From an uncultured delta proteobacterium (lineage in GTDB: Bacteria > Desulfobacterota > RBG-13-43-22), in contig CAVQFQ010000010.1 in assembly GCA_963711835.1 (NCBI GenBank), positions 64,001-128,000 on the forward strand: a stretch of 64,000 nucleotides of DNA. The letters are read 5' to 3'. Made by a program: the position numbers and the translations under genes. How positions within the stretch are numbered: the first letter of the stretch is position 1; the number at the start of each line of letters is the position of its first letter. Shown here piece by piece: positions 31,460 through 42,737 of this stretch. A model generated the notes under the pieces. It was not told the DNA's origin. It was given only the letters and a program-made list of their open reading frames with translations, and ran no database searches.

Positions 31460-33892
31460 ATGACTTTAGTTTCACAAGAACTGCCCACCAATATCGAAGA
31501 CGAAATCAGACGCTCCTATATGGATTATGCCATGAGCGTCATCATCGGCCGGGCCCTGCCGGATATCCGGGATGGTCTGAAACCGGTTCACCGCCGGATC
31601 CTCTATTCCATGCGGGAATTAGGAAACGATTACAACAAGGCCTACAAGAAATCAGCCCGCATCGTCGGGGATGTTATCGGTAAATACCATCCCCACGGCG
31701 ATACGGCGGTCTATGACACCATCGTCCGGATGGCCCAGGATTTTTCCCTCCGCTACCCCCTGGTCGATGGCCAGGGAAACTTCGGTTCCGTAGACGGGGA
31801 TTCCCCGGCGGCCATGCGTTATACCGAAATCCGGATGACCCGACTGGCTCAGGAATTCCTGGATGATTTGGATAAAGAGACCGTTGATTTCCTCCCCAAC
31901 TACGACGGCTCCCTGGTGGAACCGCTGGTCTTGCCCGCCAAGGTGCCCAACCTGCTCATCAACGGCTCCTCCGGGATCGCTGTGGGTATGGCCACCAATA
32001 TCCCTCCCCATAATTTGGGCGAAGTCGTTGACGGCCTCCTGGCTTTAATTCAAAACCCCGACCTTCCTTTTGATCGGTTGCTAAAACTGATCCCGGGCCC
32101 GGATTTCCCAACGGCCGGATTCATTTACGGAACCGCCGGGATCCTTCAGGCCTATCAAACCGGCCGGGGCATCATTAAACTGAGGGCCCGGGCCTTGATT
32201 GAAAAGAAAAAACCTCAGGGCCGGGAAAGTATTATCGTCACCGAATTGCCCTATCAGGTCAACAAGGCCAAGCTGGTCGAACGGATTGCCGAACTGGTCA
32301 AAGAGAAAAGGATCGAAGGCATTCAGGAAATTCGGGACGAATCCGACCGGGAAGGGATGCGCATCGTCCTGGATCTCAAGAAGGACGAGATGGTGGAGGT
32401 GATTTTAAATCAACTCTATAAATTCACTTCCATGGAAGCCACCTTCGGGATCATCTTCCTGGCCATTGTCAACCAACGGCCCAAAGTCATGGACCTCAAG
32501 ACCATGCTGGTCCATTTTCTGGACTTTCGAAAAGAAATCATCCGCAAACGAACCGTCTTTGAATTAAAGGAAGCCGAAAAGAAGGCCCATCTTTTGGAAG
32601 GCTTGAAGAAAGCCATCGATCAACTGGATCTGGTCCTGGCCTTGATCCGCAAGGCCAAAAATCCGGCCGAAGCCAAGGCCGGCCTGCTCGCCAAACTGGC
32701 CTTAAGTGAGATCCAGGCCCAGGCCATTTTAGAAATGCGTCTTCAGCGCCTGACCAACCTGGAACGGGAAAAGATCCAGCAGGATTACCAGGAAATAATC
32801 AAGACCATTGCCCGGCTGAAGCAGATTCTTTCGAGCGAGGCCCTGATCCTGGAGTTGATTCAAGATGAATTGCGTGAACTGAAAAAACGGTACGGCGATG
32901 AAAGAAGAAGCGAGATCATCGAAGATACCACCGAGATCCAGTTGGAAGACCTGATTGTTGAAGAAGATATGGTCGTCACCATTTCCCATGGGGGCTACAT
33001 TAAGCGGAATCCCGTCAGTCTCTACCGGAGTCAGCGACGGGGGGGACGGGGCATAACCGGGATGGAGACCAAGGAGGACGATTTTGTCGAACACCTTTAC
33101 ATCGCCTCCACCCATGATTATTTCCTCTTCTTGACCAATTTGGGACGCCTTTATTGGGTCAAGGTTCACGAAATCCCCCAGGGCGGGCGACTGGCCCGCG
33201 GCAAGGCCCTGGTCAATCTCCTCAATCTTCAAACCCAGGAAAAGGTGGCCACGACCCTGCCGGTCCGGTCCTTTGAGGAAGGCCGGTTTGTGGTCATGGT
33301 CACCCGCAACAGCCTGGTCAAAAAGACCAACCTGATGGCCTTCAGCCGCCCTCGAGCCGGCGGCATTATCGCCACCACCATTCAGGAAGGGGATGAAGTG
33401 ATTGCCGCGGATATCACCAATGGAGAGCAGGATATTTTTATCGGAACCCGGAACGGCCTGTCGATTCGTTTTAAAGAAAAAGAAATTCGAGAGATGGGGC
33501 GTTTGGCCCAGGGGATTAAAGGCATTCGCTTAAGCCCGGGGGATCAGGTGGTGGGTATGGAAGTCCTTTCCCGGGAAGGGACCATCCTGACCGTCACCGA
33601 AAATGGATTTGGAAAGCGCACCCGCACCGAAGAATACCACGAACAGGGCCGGGCCGGCAAAGGCTTGATTACCATCAAGACTACCGAGAAAAACGGGCCG
33701 GTGGTCGGCGTCTTACAGGTTACCGATGAAGACGACCTGATGATCATTGCCGATGGAGGCAAGATCATCCGCCTCCGGGTAAAAGATATTTCCGTTATCG
33801 GGAGAAATACCCAAGGGGTCAGGCTGATTAATCTGGAGGAAAAGGAAAAAGTGGTCAGCGTCGCCCGGTCCGCCAAAAAGGAAGAGGAGTAA
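31460..33892 (+). CDS. gyrA: DNA gyrase subunit A
   Basis: DGLKPVHRR; YHPHGD; AAMRYTE; GyrA box QRRGGRG; ATG at 31460 with AAGGA RBS. Confidence 0.99.
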   Translation: MTLVSQELPTNIEDEIRRSYMDYAMSVIIGRALPDIRDGLKPVHRRILYSMRELGNDYNKAYKKSARIVGDVIGKYHPHGDTAVYDTIVRMAQDFSLRYPLVDGQGNFGSVDGDSPAAMRYTEIRMTRLAQEFLDDLDKETVDFLPNYDGSLVEPLVLPAKVPNLLINGSSGIAVGMATNIPPHNLGEVVDGLLALIQNPDLPFDRLLKLIPGPDFPTAGFIYGTAGILQAYQTGRGIIKLRARALIEKKKPQGRESIIVTELPYQVNKAKLVERIAELVKEKRIEGIQEIRDESDREGMRIVLDLKKDEMVEVILNQLYKFTSMEATFGIIFLAIVNQRPKVMDLKTMLVHFLDFRKEIIRKRTVFELKEAEKKAHLLEGLKKAIDQLDLVLALIRKAKNPAEAKAGLLAKLALSEIQAQAILEMRLQRLTNLEREKIQQDYQEIIKTIARLKQILSSEALILELIQDELRELKKRYGDERRSEIIEDTTEIQLEDLIVEEDMVVTISHGGYIKRNPVSLYRSQRRGGRGITGMETKEDDFVEHLYIASTHDYFLFLTNLGRLYWVKVHEIPQGGRLARGKALVNLLNLQTQEKVATTLPVRSFEEGRFVVMVTRNSLVKKTNLMAFSRPRAGGIIATTIQEGDEVIAADITNGEQDIFIGTRNGLSIRFKEKEIREMGRLAQGIKGIRLSPGDQVVGMEVLSREGTILTVTENGFGKRTRTEEYHEQGRAGKGLITIKTTEKNGPVVGVLQVTDEDDLMIIADGGKIIRLRVKDISVIGRNTQGVRLINLEEKEKVVSVARSAKKEEE

Positions 33893-33894
33893 CG

Positions 33895-34923
33895 GTGTAC
33901 AAGATTAAAAAAAAGGAAACCGTCGGTGTTATCGGGGCCGGAAGCTGGGGAACGACCCTGGCCCGATTGCTGGCCCAAAACGGCGCGACGGTTCATTTAT
34001 GGTGCAATGAACCGGAAACGGCCCGGGACATCGACCGGGAGCGGGAAAACAAAACTTTTTTACCCGGGGTTCAGCTTCCCGCGGGCGTCATCCCCTCTAC
34101 GGAACTGGAAGAAGTAATCAGCCAAAAGGAAATGCTGGTGCTGGTGATCCCTTCGCATTTTTTTCGGGATGTGCTCTCCCGGATGAACCCGTACCTGTCT
34201 CGGATTAAAGAAGGCTGCCTCTGGATTTCGGCCACCAAAGGGATTGAGAATGACAGCCTCCTGACCATGACCGGGATTATGCGGGAGGTGCTGGGTCCCG
34301 AATGGCAGCCCGGCCTCGGATGCCTGTCAGGCCCCAGTTTTGCACAGGAGGTCTCCCGGGAACTGCCCACGGCGGTGACCCTCTCCTGCTTTCAGGATCG
34401 GACGGCCCAAAAAGCCCAACGCCTTTTTTCAAACCATTATTTCCGCGTTTATACCAATAGCGATGTGCTGGGCGTGGAAATGGGCGGGGCCTTAAAGAAT
34501 GTGATCGCCCTGGCGGCCGGGACTTCCGACGGCTTAGGCCTGGGACATAATACCCGGGCGGCCTTAATCACCAGGGGCTTGGCGGAAATCAGCCGCTTGG
34601 GGGAGAAAATGGGCGCCCAGCGGGCCACCTTTTTCGGCTTGGCCGGTATAGGCGATCTGGTGTTAACCTGCACCGGCGATCTCAGCCGGAACCGATCGGT
34701 GGGACTCCGGCTGGGCCAAGGAGAAAAATTACCCGCCATTCTTTCCTCCATGCACACGGTGGCCGAGGGGATTAAGACCACCCGCTCGGCCTATCAACTC
34801 GCCTTGCGGGAACGGATTGAAATGCCCATCGTGACCCAGATCTACGGCCTGCTCTATGAGGATCGGGACCCGCGCCGATCGGTCCATGATCTGATGACCC
34901 GGGACTTAAAAGCCGAAGAATAG
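33895..34923 (+). CDS. gpsA: NAD(P)H-dependent glycerol-3-phosphate dehydrogenase
   Basis: GAGSWGT; TKGIE; SGPSFA; GGALKNVIA; GDLVLTC; SRN. Confidence 0.98.
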   Translation: MYKIKKKETVGVIGAGSWGTTLARLLAQNGATVHLWCNEPETARDIDRERENKTFLPGVQLPAGVIPSTELEEVISQKEMLVLVIPSHFFRDVLSRMNPYLSRIKEGCLWISATKGIENDSLLTMTGIMREVLGPEWQPGLGCLSGPSFAQEVSRELPTAVTLSCFQDRTAQKAQRLFSNHYFRVYTNSDVLGVEMGGALKNVIALAAGTSDGLGLGHNTRAALITRGLAEISRLGEKMGAQRATFFGLAGIGDLVLTCTGDLSRNRSVGLRLGQGEKLPAILSSMHTVAEGIKTTRSAYQLALRERIEMPIVTQIYGLLYEDRDPRRSVHDLMTRDLKAEE

Positions 34924-35045
34924 AAAACCCCGGACACCCAAAAAAGGTCTAAAATAAAAAGGTTGACAAAAATTTATTTTTAGGCTAACTTCTAATTTCC
35001 TTTTCCCTGGGAGTCAAATTTTCTGCCGGAAAGGAAATCAGACCT

Positions 35046-35909
35046 GTGATAATAAAAAGATTTTCTCTGTTTATTACCATAGCACTTTTATTCGTTTTTC
35101 CGATGCAGCTCTTAGCGCTTCCCGCCAAGAACAGCGTCAAAAAAAATGCTTCCAGCCATTCTAAAAAAACCGTTCAAAAAAAATCCCCCGGCGCCAAAAA
35201 AATAACGGCTGAAAAAAAATCCCGGAAGTCGGTCAAGGCCAACAAAAGACGCTCCAAGCAGGTGGCCCGCGAGCACAGCCTGGTCCCGAAAGATGCCCCG
35301 CCGCTGATGAAGGTGACGCCCCTGGAAAATGGAAAGTTTCTACTGGAGCCCATGGATTCTTCCTTGAATAAGGAGACCGCAGAAGAATCGCTAAGTTTAA
35401 TTAAGAAACCGGTATTTGATAATGAATTAAATAGGGATCGGAGCCCGGAAGAGAAAATAGACGGCTTACTCGGTTTTCCCCAATTGCTGGTCCAGGTATC
35501 CAAACAATTATTGGGCAAGGCCTACCGCCTGGGTGGAAACGGCCAGGGCACCGACGGCATTGATTGTTCCGGGTATATGAAAAAGATTTATCAGGCCTTT
35601 ACGCTCTCCCTGCCCCATTCCAGCCGGGAGCAGGCCAAATTGGGTTCCCTGGTAACCACCGATTTGGATTTGAGCCGCCTGCGGATCGGAGACTTGCTTT
35701 TTTTTAAACGAGGCCGCGGTTCTCAGATAGGCCACACCGGCATGTATATCGGCGAGGGCCAGATGATCCATTCCTCCAGCAAAAAAGGGGTCATCATCAC
35801 CAACCTGGATAACTCGGACTACTACAACCGGAATTTCGTCATGGCCAAACGCTTCTTTATCCTCGATCGACCCGATGTCGACGAATTCAAGGAATTTAAA
35901 CAGCCCTAA
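35046..35909 (+). CDS. Secreted NlpC/P60 peptidoglycan endopeptidase
   Basis: Signal peptide; Lys-rich linker; GIDCSG; GDLLFF; HTGMYIG; MIHSS. Confidence 0.93.
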   Translation: MIIKRFSLFITIALLFVFPMQLLALPAKNSVKKNASSHSKKTVQKKSPGAKKITAEKKSRKSVKANKRRSKQVAREHSLVPKDAPPLMKVTPLENGKFLLEPMDSSLNKETAEESLSLIKKPVFDNELNRDRSPEEKIDGLLGFPQLLVQVSKQLLGKAYRLGGNGQGTDGIDCSGYMKKIYQAFTLSLPHSSREQAKLGSLVTTDLDLSRLRIGDLLFFKRGRGSQIGHTGMYIGEGQMIHSSSKKGVIITNLDNSDYYNRNFVMAKRFFILDRPDVDEFKEFKQP

Positions 35910-35941
35910 CCCCACCTTCATTTTTTTCCAACTCGTCATCA

Positions 35942-36985
35942 CTAAGTTAAAGATAATCCGTTTTGGAGACAGGCCCGGGCTTCTTCGATAAGCAGTCTCC
36001 GGTAAGGAAGGTCGAGGTAGTCGTTGCGGGCGATGCGCAGCTCGGTCAGGGCCATATAGTAGGGATTCAGCAGGCAGAGGCGGCGAAAGGCGGACTCGGG
36101 TTTGGGAAAATGCGAGGCATAACTCGAAATAAAATCATGAATGAAGGACTCTGACCCCTGATAATCCCGGAGCCGCCAGAGGAAGGCGTGCTTGATTTCA
36201 CCACAGACCATCCCGACATCCCACAAGCGATCGGCCATTCTCATTCTTTCCAGGTCGATGGCTACGATTTCCTGCTCCGAAGAAAAAATAAAATTGGTCG
36301 GCGTGGCATCGCCATGAATCAAGACCGGCCGGTCGGCGATTTCCCGGAAACGGTTTCTCCAGTCTTTTATTGTTTCTTCGAAAAAACACCTCTCCAAATC
36401 CCGCAACAATCCCTTTCGGACTAATTGGTCAAGAACCTTGGCCAGATACTGTTCGGCCGGCTGATGGGTCCGAAATTGGAGGCCAATCGTTTTCTGATGC
36501 AGATGAGCCAGAAAAGAAGCCAGTTGACGGAGACGACAGACCAAGGCCTCAGGCTGATTTTCCCAAATGGCTTTCTGGAAAAAGTAATCCAGATTCTTTC
36601 CCGGTTCGGAAGCCACCACCAGGTTCAACCCGATCCGCGCTTCCTTTCCCAGGGGACGGGCTACACGATAAGGCGGTCGATCAAAGCCCAAACGGCGAAG
36701 GAAGACCAGGTTTTCAAATTCTCCGACTAAGGGAGTGGCGCCCTGGGGCAGTCGGGGATCATGGGCATCGGCAAATTTAGCAATCACCCTTAGGCGGGAA
36801 TGCTTTTCCTGGCAGCAAAAGACCCGATGAGAAGCCGAAAGAGGCCTCATCAAAAATTGGAGGTTGGTTTCCCTTAGCCCCAATTTTGGAAAAATTTCTC
36901 TGGCCAAGAAGGGCAGGAGAGAGGCTGGAACCGGTTGGATGATAGGAGAGGGCATGATTAAAGCCGTTATGGGCTGAAGCTTCAT
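35942..36985 (-). CDS. Aminoglycoside phosphotransferase/choline kinase-like phosphotransferase
   Basis: Brenner motif IHGDATPTNF, IDLE, WDVG. Confidence 0.85.
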   Translation of the reverse strand: MKLQPITALIMPSPIIQPVPASLLPFLAREIFPKLGLRETNLQFLMRPLSASHRVFCCQEKHSRLRVIAKFADAHDPRLPQGATPLVGEFENLVFLRRLGFDRPPYRVARPLGKEARIGLNLVVASEPGKNLDYFFQKAIWENQPEALVCRLRQLASFLAHLHQKTIGLQFRTHQPAEQYLAKVLDQLVRKGLLRDLERCFFEETIKDWRNRFREIADRPVLIHGDATPTNFIFSSEQEIVAIDLERMRMADRLWDVGMVCGEIKHAFLWRLRDYQGSESFIHDFISSYASHFPKPESAFRRLCLLNPYYMALTELRIARNDYLDLPYRRLLIEEARACLQNGLSLT

Positions 36986-37124
36986 TATGAGATGGCCCAG
37001 AGACGGTAAAAGATGACGAGGAAACGCGGCGAAACGATGAATCGGAAGATCAAGATGGGCTGATCTTACCGTTTCCCCGGATCCCCGCGTCTCCTCGTTC
37101 GGTTTGTTTCAGGGCCCCTGTCTG

Positions 37125-38327
37125 TTAATCCCGTTCGATAATGGTGGTCATGCCCATGCCCCCGCCGACACACAGGGTGGCCAATCCCAACGACAGGTTC
37201 CGGCGTCTCATTTCATAAAGAAGGGAAATGATGATGCGGACTCCGGTGGCGCCGACCGGATGGCCGAGGCCGACACCGCTGCCGTTGACATTGGTGATGT
37301 CTCGATTCAGGCCCAGCCCCTGTTCACAGGCCAGATATTGGGCGGCAAAGGCCTCGTTGACTTCGATCAATTGGATATCCTTCAAGGTCAGGCCGGCCTT
37401 CTTAAGGCATTTTTCAGTGGCCGGCACCGGGCCGTAGCCCATGTACTTGGGATCCACACCGGCGACGGCCTGGGCCACGATCCTGGCCAGGGGCGTCAGG
37501 CCCAATTCCTGTGCCCTGGCCCGGGTCATAACGATGACGGCGGCCGCCCCATCGTTTAAACCCGAAGAATTGCCGGCCGTTACCGTGCCGTCTTTTTTAA
37601 AAGCCGGCGGCAATTTGGACAGATCGGCCATGGTCAACCCATAGCGGACATGCTCATCGGTCTCCACCATCCGGGGATCCCCTTTTTTCTGCGGAACGGC
37701 TACGGCCACGATCTCTTCTTTGAATCTGCCGGCCTTGATGGCGGCCTCGGCATTATGGTGGCTCCGCAAGGCGATAATATCCTGTTCTTCACGGGAGATC
37801 TGGTATTTTTCGGCCAGGTTCTCCGCGGTCTGGCCCATGATGTAGCCTTTTTTCTCCAGAAGGTTGCTCCCGGAATGAAGCATCTCCCACATGGCATCGG
37901 TCATCTGGCCGTGGGTCAATCGCTGTCCCCAGCGGGCCGTCATAAGGACATAAGGGGCCGAGCTCATGGATTCAACCCCGCCGGCTAACACGATTTGAGA
38001 GTCACCGGCCTTGATCTGCTGAACCGCAAAGGCCAGGGCCTGCATGGCGGAAGAACATTGGCGCTGAATGGTAACGGCCGGGACTTCGACCGGGATACCG
38101 GCTTTCAGGGCGGCGGTTCGGGCCGTATTGGCTTCGTCCGGGCACTGGACGCAATCGCCGAGGATGACATCATCCAACTGCTCTCCCGAGATACCGGCTC
38201 GTTTAAGGACCTCCACGATTACGGTTGCGGCCAACTGATGGGCCCGCATACTTTTGAGCGCTTCTCCGAACCGGCCGATAGGGGTCCGGGCCGCGGCCAC
38301 CATGACAACATCGTTTGGACTTTTCAA
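37125..38327 (-). CDS. Acetyl-CoA C-acetyltransferase (thiolase)
   Basis: QCSS active Cys; AGNSSGLNDGAA; NEAFAAQ; GHPVGATG; CVGGG. Confidence 0.97.
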   Translation of the reverse strand: MKSPNDVVMVAAARTPIGRFGEALKSMRAHQLAATVIVEVLKRAGISGEQLDDVILGDCVQCPDEANTARTAALKAGIPVEVPAVTIQRQCSSAMQALAFAVQQIKAGDSQIVLAGGVESMSSAPYVLMTARWGQRLTHGQMTDAMWEMLHSGSNLLEKKGYIMGQTAENLAEKYQISREEQDIIALRSHHNAEAAIKAGRFKEEIVAVAVPQKKGDPRMVETDEHVRYGLTMADLSKLPPAFKKDGTVTAGNSSGLNDGAAAVIVMTRARAQELGLTPLARIVAQAVAGVDPKYMGYGPVPATEKCLKKAGLTLKDIQLIEVNEAFAAQYLACEQGLGLNRDITNVNGSGVGLGHPVGATGVRIIISLLYEMRRRNLSLGLATLCVGGGMGMTTIIERD

Positions 38328-38491
38328 AATGCTTCCTCCTCTTCTTTCGCTATCAGGTTTTGAATAGCTATAATAATCCTAACGAGGTGAAAAGTCAACT
38401 CTTTTAGTTATTACTTGTATCTGAAACCAAAGGTGATTTACAATACGATCCGCAGAAGGAGAAATCCTTTTCAGCCGAAAGGAGGAGGATC

Positions 38492-39916
38492 ATGACTGTT
38501 CAAGATTGGGAAAAGAGGCTGCCGTTTTTAAAAGGATTGGTTCACATAAATCCAAGCGGAGAAGTTCTTGTTCAAGATCAAAAGGGATTGCAGGGGGAAG
38601 GGATTGATAAGATAGTTCACCAGGCGGTCTTTGGAGAGGAGCGGGACAAGGCCCTGGCCTGCTGGCTGATCTGGGAGCTGGGCCAGGCCCTGGGCCTTTA
38701 TCCGGCTTCCATTCATGAGCTTTATGTAGCTAAAGGACGCGGTGAAATCAAGCGGGCCTTTACCGTACCGGCCATCAATCTGCGGGCCCTGACTTTTGAC
38801 AGCGCCCGGGCCGCTTTCAAGGCCGCCGGGGAAAGAAAGGTGGGAGCGGTTATTTTTGAAATTGCCCGTTCCGAGATGGGCTATACGCATCAGCGGCCCG
38901 TAGAATACTTTTCGGCGGTTATGGCCGCAGCGATTAAGGAAGGGTTCCGAGGGCCCCTTTTTGTGCAGGGTGATCATTATCAGGTGAGCGGGAAAAAATA
39001 CCAGGAGAAGCCCGAGGAGGAAATCAAGGCCATTGAAGCGCTCATTCTGGAGTCCATTCAGGCCGGATTTTACAACATCGATATCGACACCTCCACCCTG
39101 GTGGATCTGAATCAAACCAGCGTAGCGGAACAACAGCGCGTCAATTACGAACGGTGTGCCCAATTCACGGCCTTTATTCGAAACCATCAGCCGCCGGGGA
39201 TGACCATCTCCGTGGGAGGGGAGATCGGCGAGGTGGGCGGAAAAAACAGCGACGAAACGGAGATGCGGGCCTATATGGACGGGTTTACCCGATCCTTGCC
39301 GGCCGGCATGCCCGGCCTTTCCAAGATCAGCATCCAGACCGGCACCAGCCACGGCGGCGTGGTTTTACCGGATGGGACGCTGGCTCAGGTGGCCATCGAT
39401 TTCAACGTCCTGAAGGAGCTCTCCTTAATAGCCCGAAAAAGTTACGGCCTGGGGGGAACGGTTCAGCATGGCGCCTCCACCCTGCCCGATGAGGCCTTCC
39501 ATCAATTCGTAACGCACGAGGCCATTGAAGTGCATCTGGCCACCGGCTTTCAAAACATCATTTATGATCATGAAAAATTTCCCAAGACCTTGAAGCAAGG
39601 CATGTACGACTATCTGAAGACCGAGCAGGCCAAGGAATGGAAATCCGGAAAGACCGAAGAGCAATTTCTCTACAGCATCCGGAAAAAAGGACTGGGACCA
39701 TTTAAAGCGGATCTCTGGGGCTTGCCGGAAGAGGTGCGGGCCGCCATCCGAAAAACCTTAGAGGAGAAATTCGGCTTTCTGTTCGACCAGCTCCAGGCCG
39801 GTGACACCCAGGATCTGGTGCGGCGGCATGTGCCCCCGGTGAAAATTAAAAAAAACCTGGCCGACTTCGGCCTTGGAAAAACCAAGGAGGAGGACGTCTC
39901 GGATCTATCGGATTAG
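38492..39916 (+). CDS. Class II fructose-bisphosphate aldolase-like protein (long form)
   Basis: VPAIN; QGDH; GEIGEVGG; GTSHGG; VQHGAS. Confidence 0.88.
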   Translation: MTVQDWEKRLPFLKGLVHINPSGEVLVQDQKGLQGEGIDKIVHQAVFGEERDKALACWLIWELGQALGLYPASIHELYVAKGRGEIKRAFTVPAINLRALTFDSARAAFKAAGERKVGAVIFEIARSEMGYTHQRPVEYFSAVMAAAIKEGFRGPLFVQGDHYQVSGKKYQEKPEEEIKAIEALILESIQAGFYNIDIDTSTLVDLNQTSVAEQQRVNYERCAQFTAFIRNHQPPGMTISVGGEIGEVGGKNSDETEMRAYMDGFTRSLPAGMPGLSKISIQTGTSHGGVVLPDGTLAQVAIDFNVLKELSLIARKSYGLGGTVQHGASTLPDEAFHQFVTHEAIEVHLATGFQNIIYDHEKFPKTLKQGMYDYLKTEQAKEWKSGKTEEQFLYSIRKKGLGPFKADLWGLPEEVRAAIRKTLEEKFGFLFDQLQAGDTQDLVRRHVPPVKIKKNLADFGLGKTKEEDVSDLSD

Positions 39917-39926
39917 TATGGCTCTG

Positions 39927-40198
39927 TCAGGGTTCAGCGGCCAGCTTCCGGAAGCCGGGGATGCAATCGTCATCGGCCAGGGAGTTCTGAAGGGGAGAAA
40001 TCCGTCCGGAAGCCTGCACATAGGCAATGCCGGTAATCACCAGACCGACGCCGCCGCGGGCCAGCTCTTCCACCATCTGGATTTGTTTCGAGGAGACCTG
40101 CCCGTTTCTTCCGCCAGGCCGTCATAGGTGGCGGATCTGACAAAACGGTTTCGCAGGGCCAGGTTCTTTATTGAAATCGGATCAAATAAGGTGCTCAT
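39927..40198 (-). pseudogene. N-terminal fragment of an NADH:flavin oxidoreductase (old yellow enzyme family), two frameshifts
   Basis: Manual translation across two -1 shifts: MSTLFDPISIKNLALRNRFVRSATYDGLA / ELARGGVGLVITG / NSLADDDCIPGFRKLA, then a stop. Confidence 0.8.
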
Positions 40199-40213
40199 AA
40201 AAAATGCCTTTCT

Positions 40214-41536
40214 TTAACGTGCCTTTTTAAGGGCCTTTAAGAAAGGATGGAGCAAATAGGTATTGGCCCCGGCCCGACCGATGACCAGGGCTAAAGCGGC
40301 GGCAACAACACCAACGGTGTCAAAATAGCTGATGGCCATAAATAGGGTCATGACGATAAGCATTAGCTCCAACCCGGTAGCCCAGGTAATAGGTCGGGTT
40401 TGTCGGGCATTGACCAAGACCGATCGTTGAAAGGTGAGGAAAACCCAAATGGCCGGGAGGGGGGTTAAGATCTTCAAGGGAAGAAGGGCGAAACGAGTCA
40501 GTTCCAGCGATAACCCGGATACCTTATGAAACCATAAATAGGACAAGGGAGTAAAACTGATCAAACCCAGAATCCCCACCGTTATAGCACCCAATCCGAA
40601 GGCAAAATTCCGCAAGGCTTTAAAGTTGCGCTGCTGCTCACCCAATAAAGCGATACTCCCTTCGTGGTAAGAGAGGCCGAAACTCATAAAAATAAAGACC
40701 AGTCCAAAGATCACCGGAAGCACGGCCAGGGATTCGATGGCCATCCGGCCGTGGGCCACAAAAAAGGTCACCAAGGGTTGGGTCCCCAAGGCCAGAAAAG
40801 AGGTCATGGCTAAGGGAAGATAAAAATTGATAATGGCCCGATAGGTTAGCGGGGACTCCCGGCTCTCTTTTCCTGATGATTCCGACAACAGTTTATTAAC
40901 GATATTCCGGGCCATCCAGCGGCTGGCCAGGGCTTCCACTATGACGCTTATAGATAAGGCCAGGGCGCCGATAAAGGACCCTTCCAGCGGAAGAAAGAGG
41001 TAGAGCAGGATGCTGGTCAGGATAATGGTGATCAATCGTATGGCAGTTCCAAAGGCCACAAACCGGGTACGGTTGTTTCGAATCAAGACGCCCTGATAGA
41101 AACGGCGGTAACCAATGGCCCAGGGCATCGGTAGAAACAGCAAAGCGGCTTTATGGGTGAGGTGGGTAATATTTTGCGGAAGACCAAGGACCTTTTCGGC
41201 AAGAAAATAGAAAATCGAAGGGAGGAGCATGATGACCATCAGGGAGCTCAAAAGGCCGCTTAGGGCCAGCGTGAACCGATGCAATTTTATAAAAGAATCA
41301 CGGTCCCGGACCAGGGTGGTTGAGGCACTTATAATCATAAGAATAGGGGCCTCAATGAATAGAGTTAATGAAAAGGCCACGCCATAAGCAGCCAGATTGA
41401 ACTTCGGCTCCGCCAGGCGGGCGATAATGGCGCTGAGCAAAGGCCCTTCCAGGGCCATCATCAGCCAGGTGGCTTCCAGGGGAAGCCAGAAGGACAGGAT
41501 TTGATCCCAGGTCAGCTTCGATTTACTTTGATCCAT
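40214..41536 (-). CDS. MATE/MOP-superfamily transporter (ANKH-like)
   Basis: About 12 TM helices in two repeats starting FWLPL and FYLPLA; LAAYGVA. Confidence 0.75.
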   Translation of the reverse strand: MDQSKSKLTWDQILSFWLPLEATWLMMALEGPLLSAIIARLAEPKFNLAAYGVAFSLTLFIEAPILMIISASTTLVRDRDSFIKLHRFTLALSGLLSSLMVIMLLPSIFYFLAEKVLGLPQNITHLTHKAALLFLPMPWAIGYRRFYQGVLIRNNRTRFVAFGTAIRLITIILTSILLYLFLPLEGSFIGALALSISVIVEALASRWMARNIVNKLLSESSGKESRESPLTYRAIINFYLPLAMTSFLALGTQPLVTFFVAHGRMAIESLAVLPVIFGLVFIFMSFGLSYHEGSIALLGEQQRNFKALRNFAFGLGAITVGILGLISFTPLSYLWFHKVSGLSLELTRFALLPLKILTPLPAIWVFLTFQRSVLVNARQTRPITWATGLELMLIVMTLFMAISYFDTVGVVAAALALVIGRAGANTYLLHPFLKALKKAR

Positions 41537-41602
41537 GAAGAAAAAGGGATCCTCTGTGGTTCAGTTGATTTCAGAAATGCACGGCAGGCAACGGGATGTG
41601 AT

Positions 41603-42736
41603 TCAGGGGGTTCGTTTCCTGTCCGTCTCTTCCAGCAACCGGTTAATAAATACAGTGGTATTGTAAATTTCAAAGTTCTGCTTGCGAAATTTGGAATACC
41701 GGGATTTGGCGTTGGAAAGATTATGGACACAGGAATTGCATTCCGTGAGGATCACCTCGGCGCCTGTTTCGACCGCTTCCTCTAATCGGCGCCGGGCCAT
41801 GACGATCGAATTGGAGGGGAAAGCACCCCGGACTCCTCCGCCGGCCCCGCAGCAAAGGGCCTCCGCCCGATTGTGCCGCATCTCCATAAAATGGGGGGCG
41901 ATTTTTCGGATGGTCTGCCGAGGTTCTTCATAAATTCCCGAATGTCTTCCCAGATCGCACGGGTCGTGGTAGGTGACTTTTTTCTCCGTTCTCACCCCCA
42001 GGTCGAAATCCTTGAGGAACTGACTGATATGGATCACCCGGACCCCCTGATCCTGTAAGGGGGCGTATTGGGGTTTCGAGGTGAAAGTCCGGAAACAATA
42101 AGGGCACCCGGTGATGACGGTCTTGGCCCCCTGACGGAGAATGGCCTCCAGGTTACCCTGGACCAGCCCCTGGTTCATGGAATAGCCCACATCTTCCAAG
42201 ATCCCGCTGCAGCAGACCTCGTCGATCAGGGTATAGTCTGCCTGCAGCCGGTCGAGCAGGTTCAACGTTTCCAGGGTGGATTCCATTTCCCGATAGGAAC
42301 CCACGCAGCCGATAAAATAGATTAGTTCGGCCTTCCGGTTTCTTTCCCGCTTCAAGTCCGCCGGCTGTTCTTCTCCATAGATGTTGGTGAACTTCTGCAG
42401 CACCTCGTTCATGCCTTTGAAGGCCGGGTGGCAGGAGCCGATATGGACCATCTCTTTTCTAACCGCCTTGATGATCTCCGGGACCTTTACCCCGGATGGG
42501 CAGCTCTGGGTGCAACTGGCGCAGGTGGTACACTGGAAGAGGGTTTCAATGAGTTCGTCGCCGAGGTCCAGCCGGCCGTCCATGACTTCTTTCAGGAGGA
42601 GCATCTTTCCCCTGGCGTTGAGGGCCGGCCGCAGAGTGGCTCCGAAAGCGGGGCAGACGGCCTGGCAATAGCCGCAGCGGGAGCATTTCAGGATCTGTTC
42701 CCGGTACGTTCTGGCAAAATCATACTTGGCTTCCAT
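41603..42736 (-). CDS. GlcF/HdrD-like Fe-S protein (two 4Fe-4S motifs plus two CCG domains)
   Basis: CSRCGYCQAVCP; CTTCASCTQSCP; CCSG; CPYC; YHDPCDLGR; CCGAGGG. Confidence 0.92.
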   Translation of the reverse strand: MEAKYDFARTYREQILKCSRCGYCQAVCPAFGATLRPALNARGKMLLLKEVMDGRLDLGDELIETLFQCTTCASCTQSCPSGVKVPEIIKAVRKEMVHIGSCHPAFKGMNEVLQKFTNIYGEEQPADLKRERNRKAELIYFIGCVGSYREMESTLETLNLLDRLQADYTLIDEVCCSGILEDVGYSMNQGLVQGNLEAILRQGAKTVITGCPYCFRTFTSKPQYAPLQDQGVRVIHISQFLKDFDLGVRTEKKVTYHDPCDLGRHSGIYEEPRQTIRKIAPHFMEMRHNRAEALCCGAGGGVRGAFPSNSIVMARRRLEEAVETGAEVILTECNSCVHNLSNAKSRYSKFRKQNFEIYNTTVFINRLLEETDRKRTP

Positions 42737-42737
42737 A

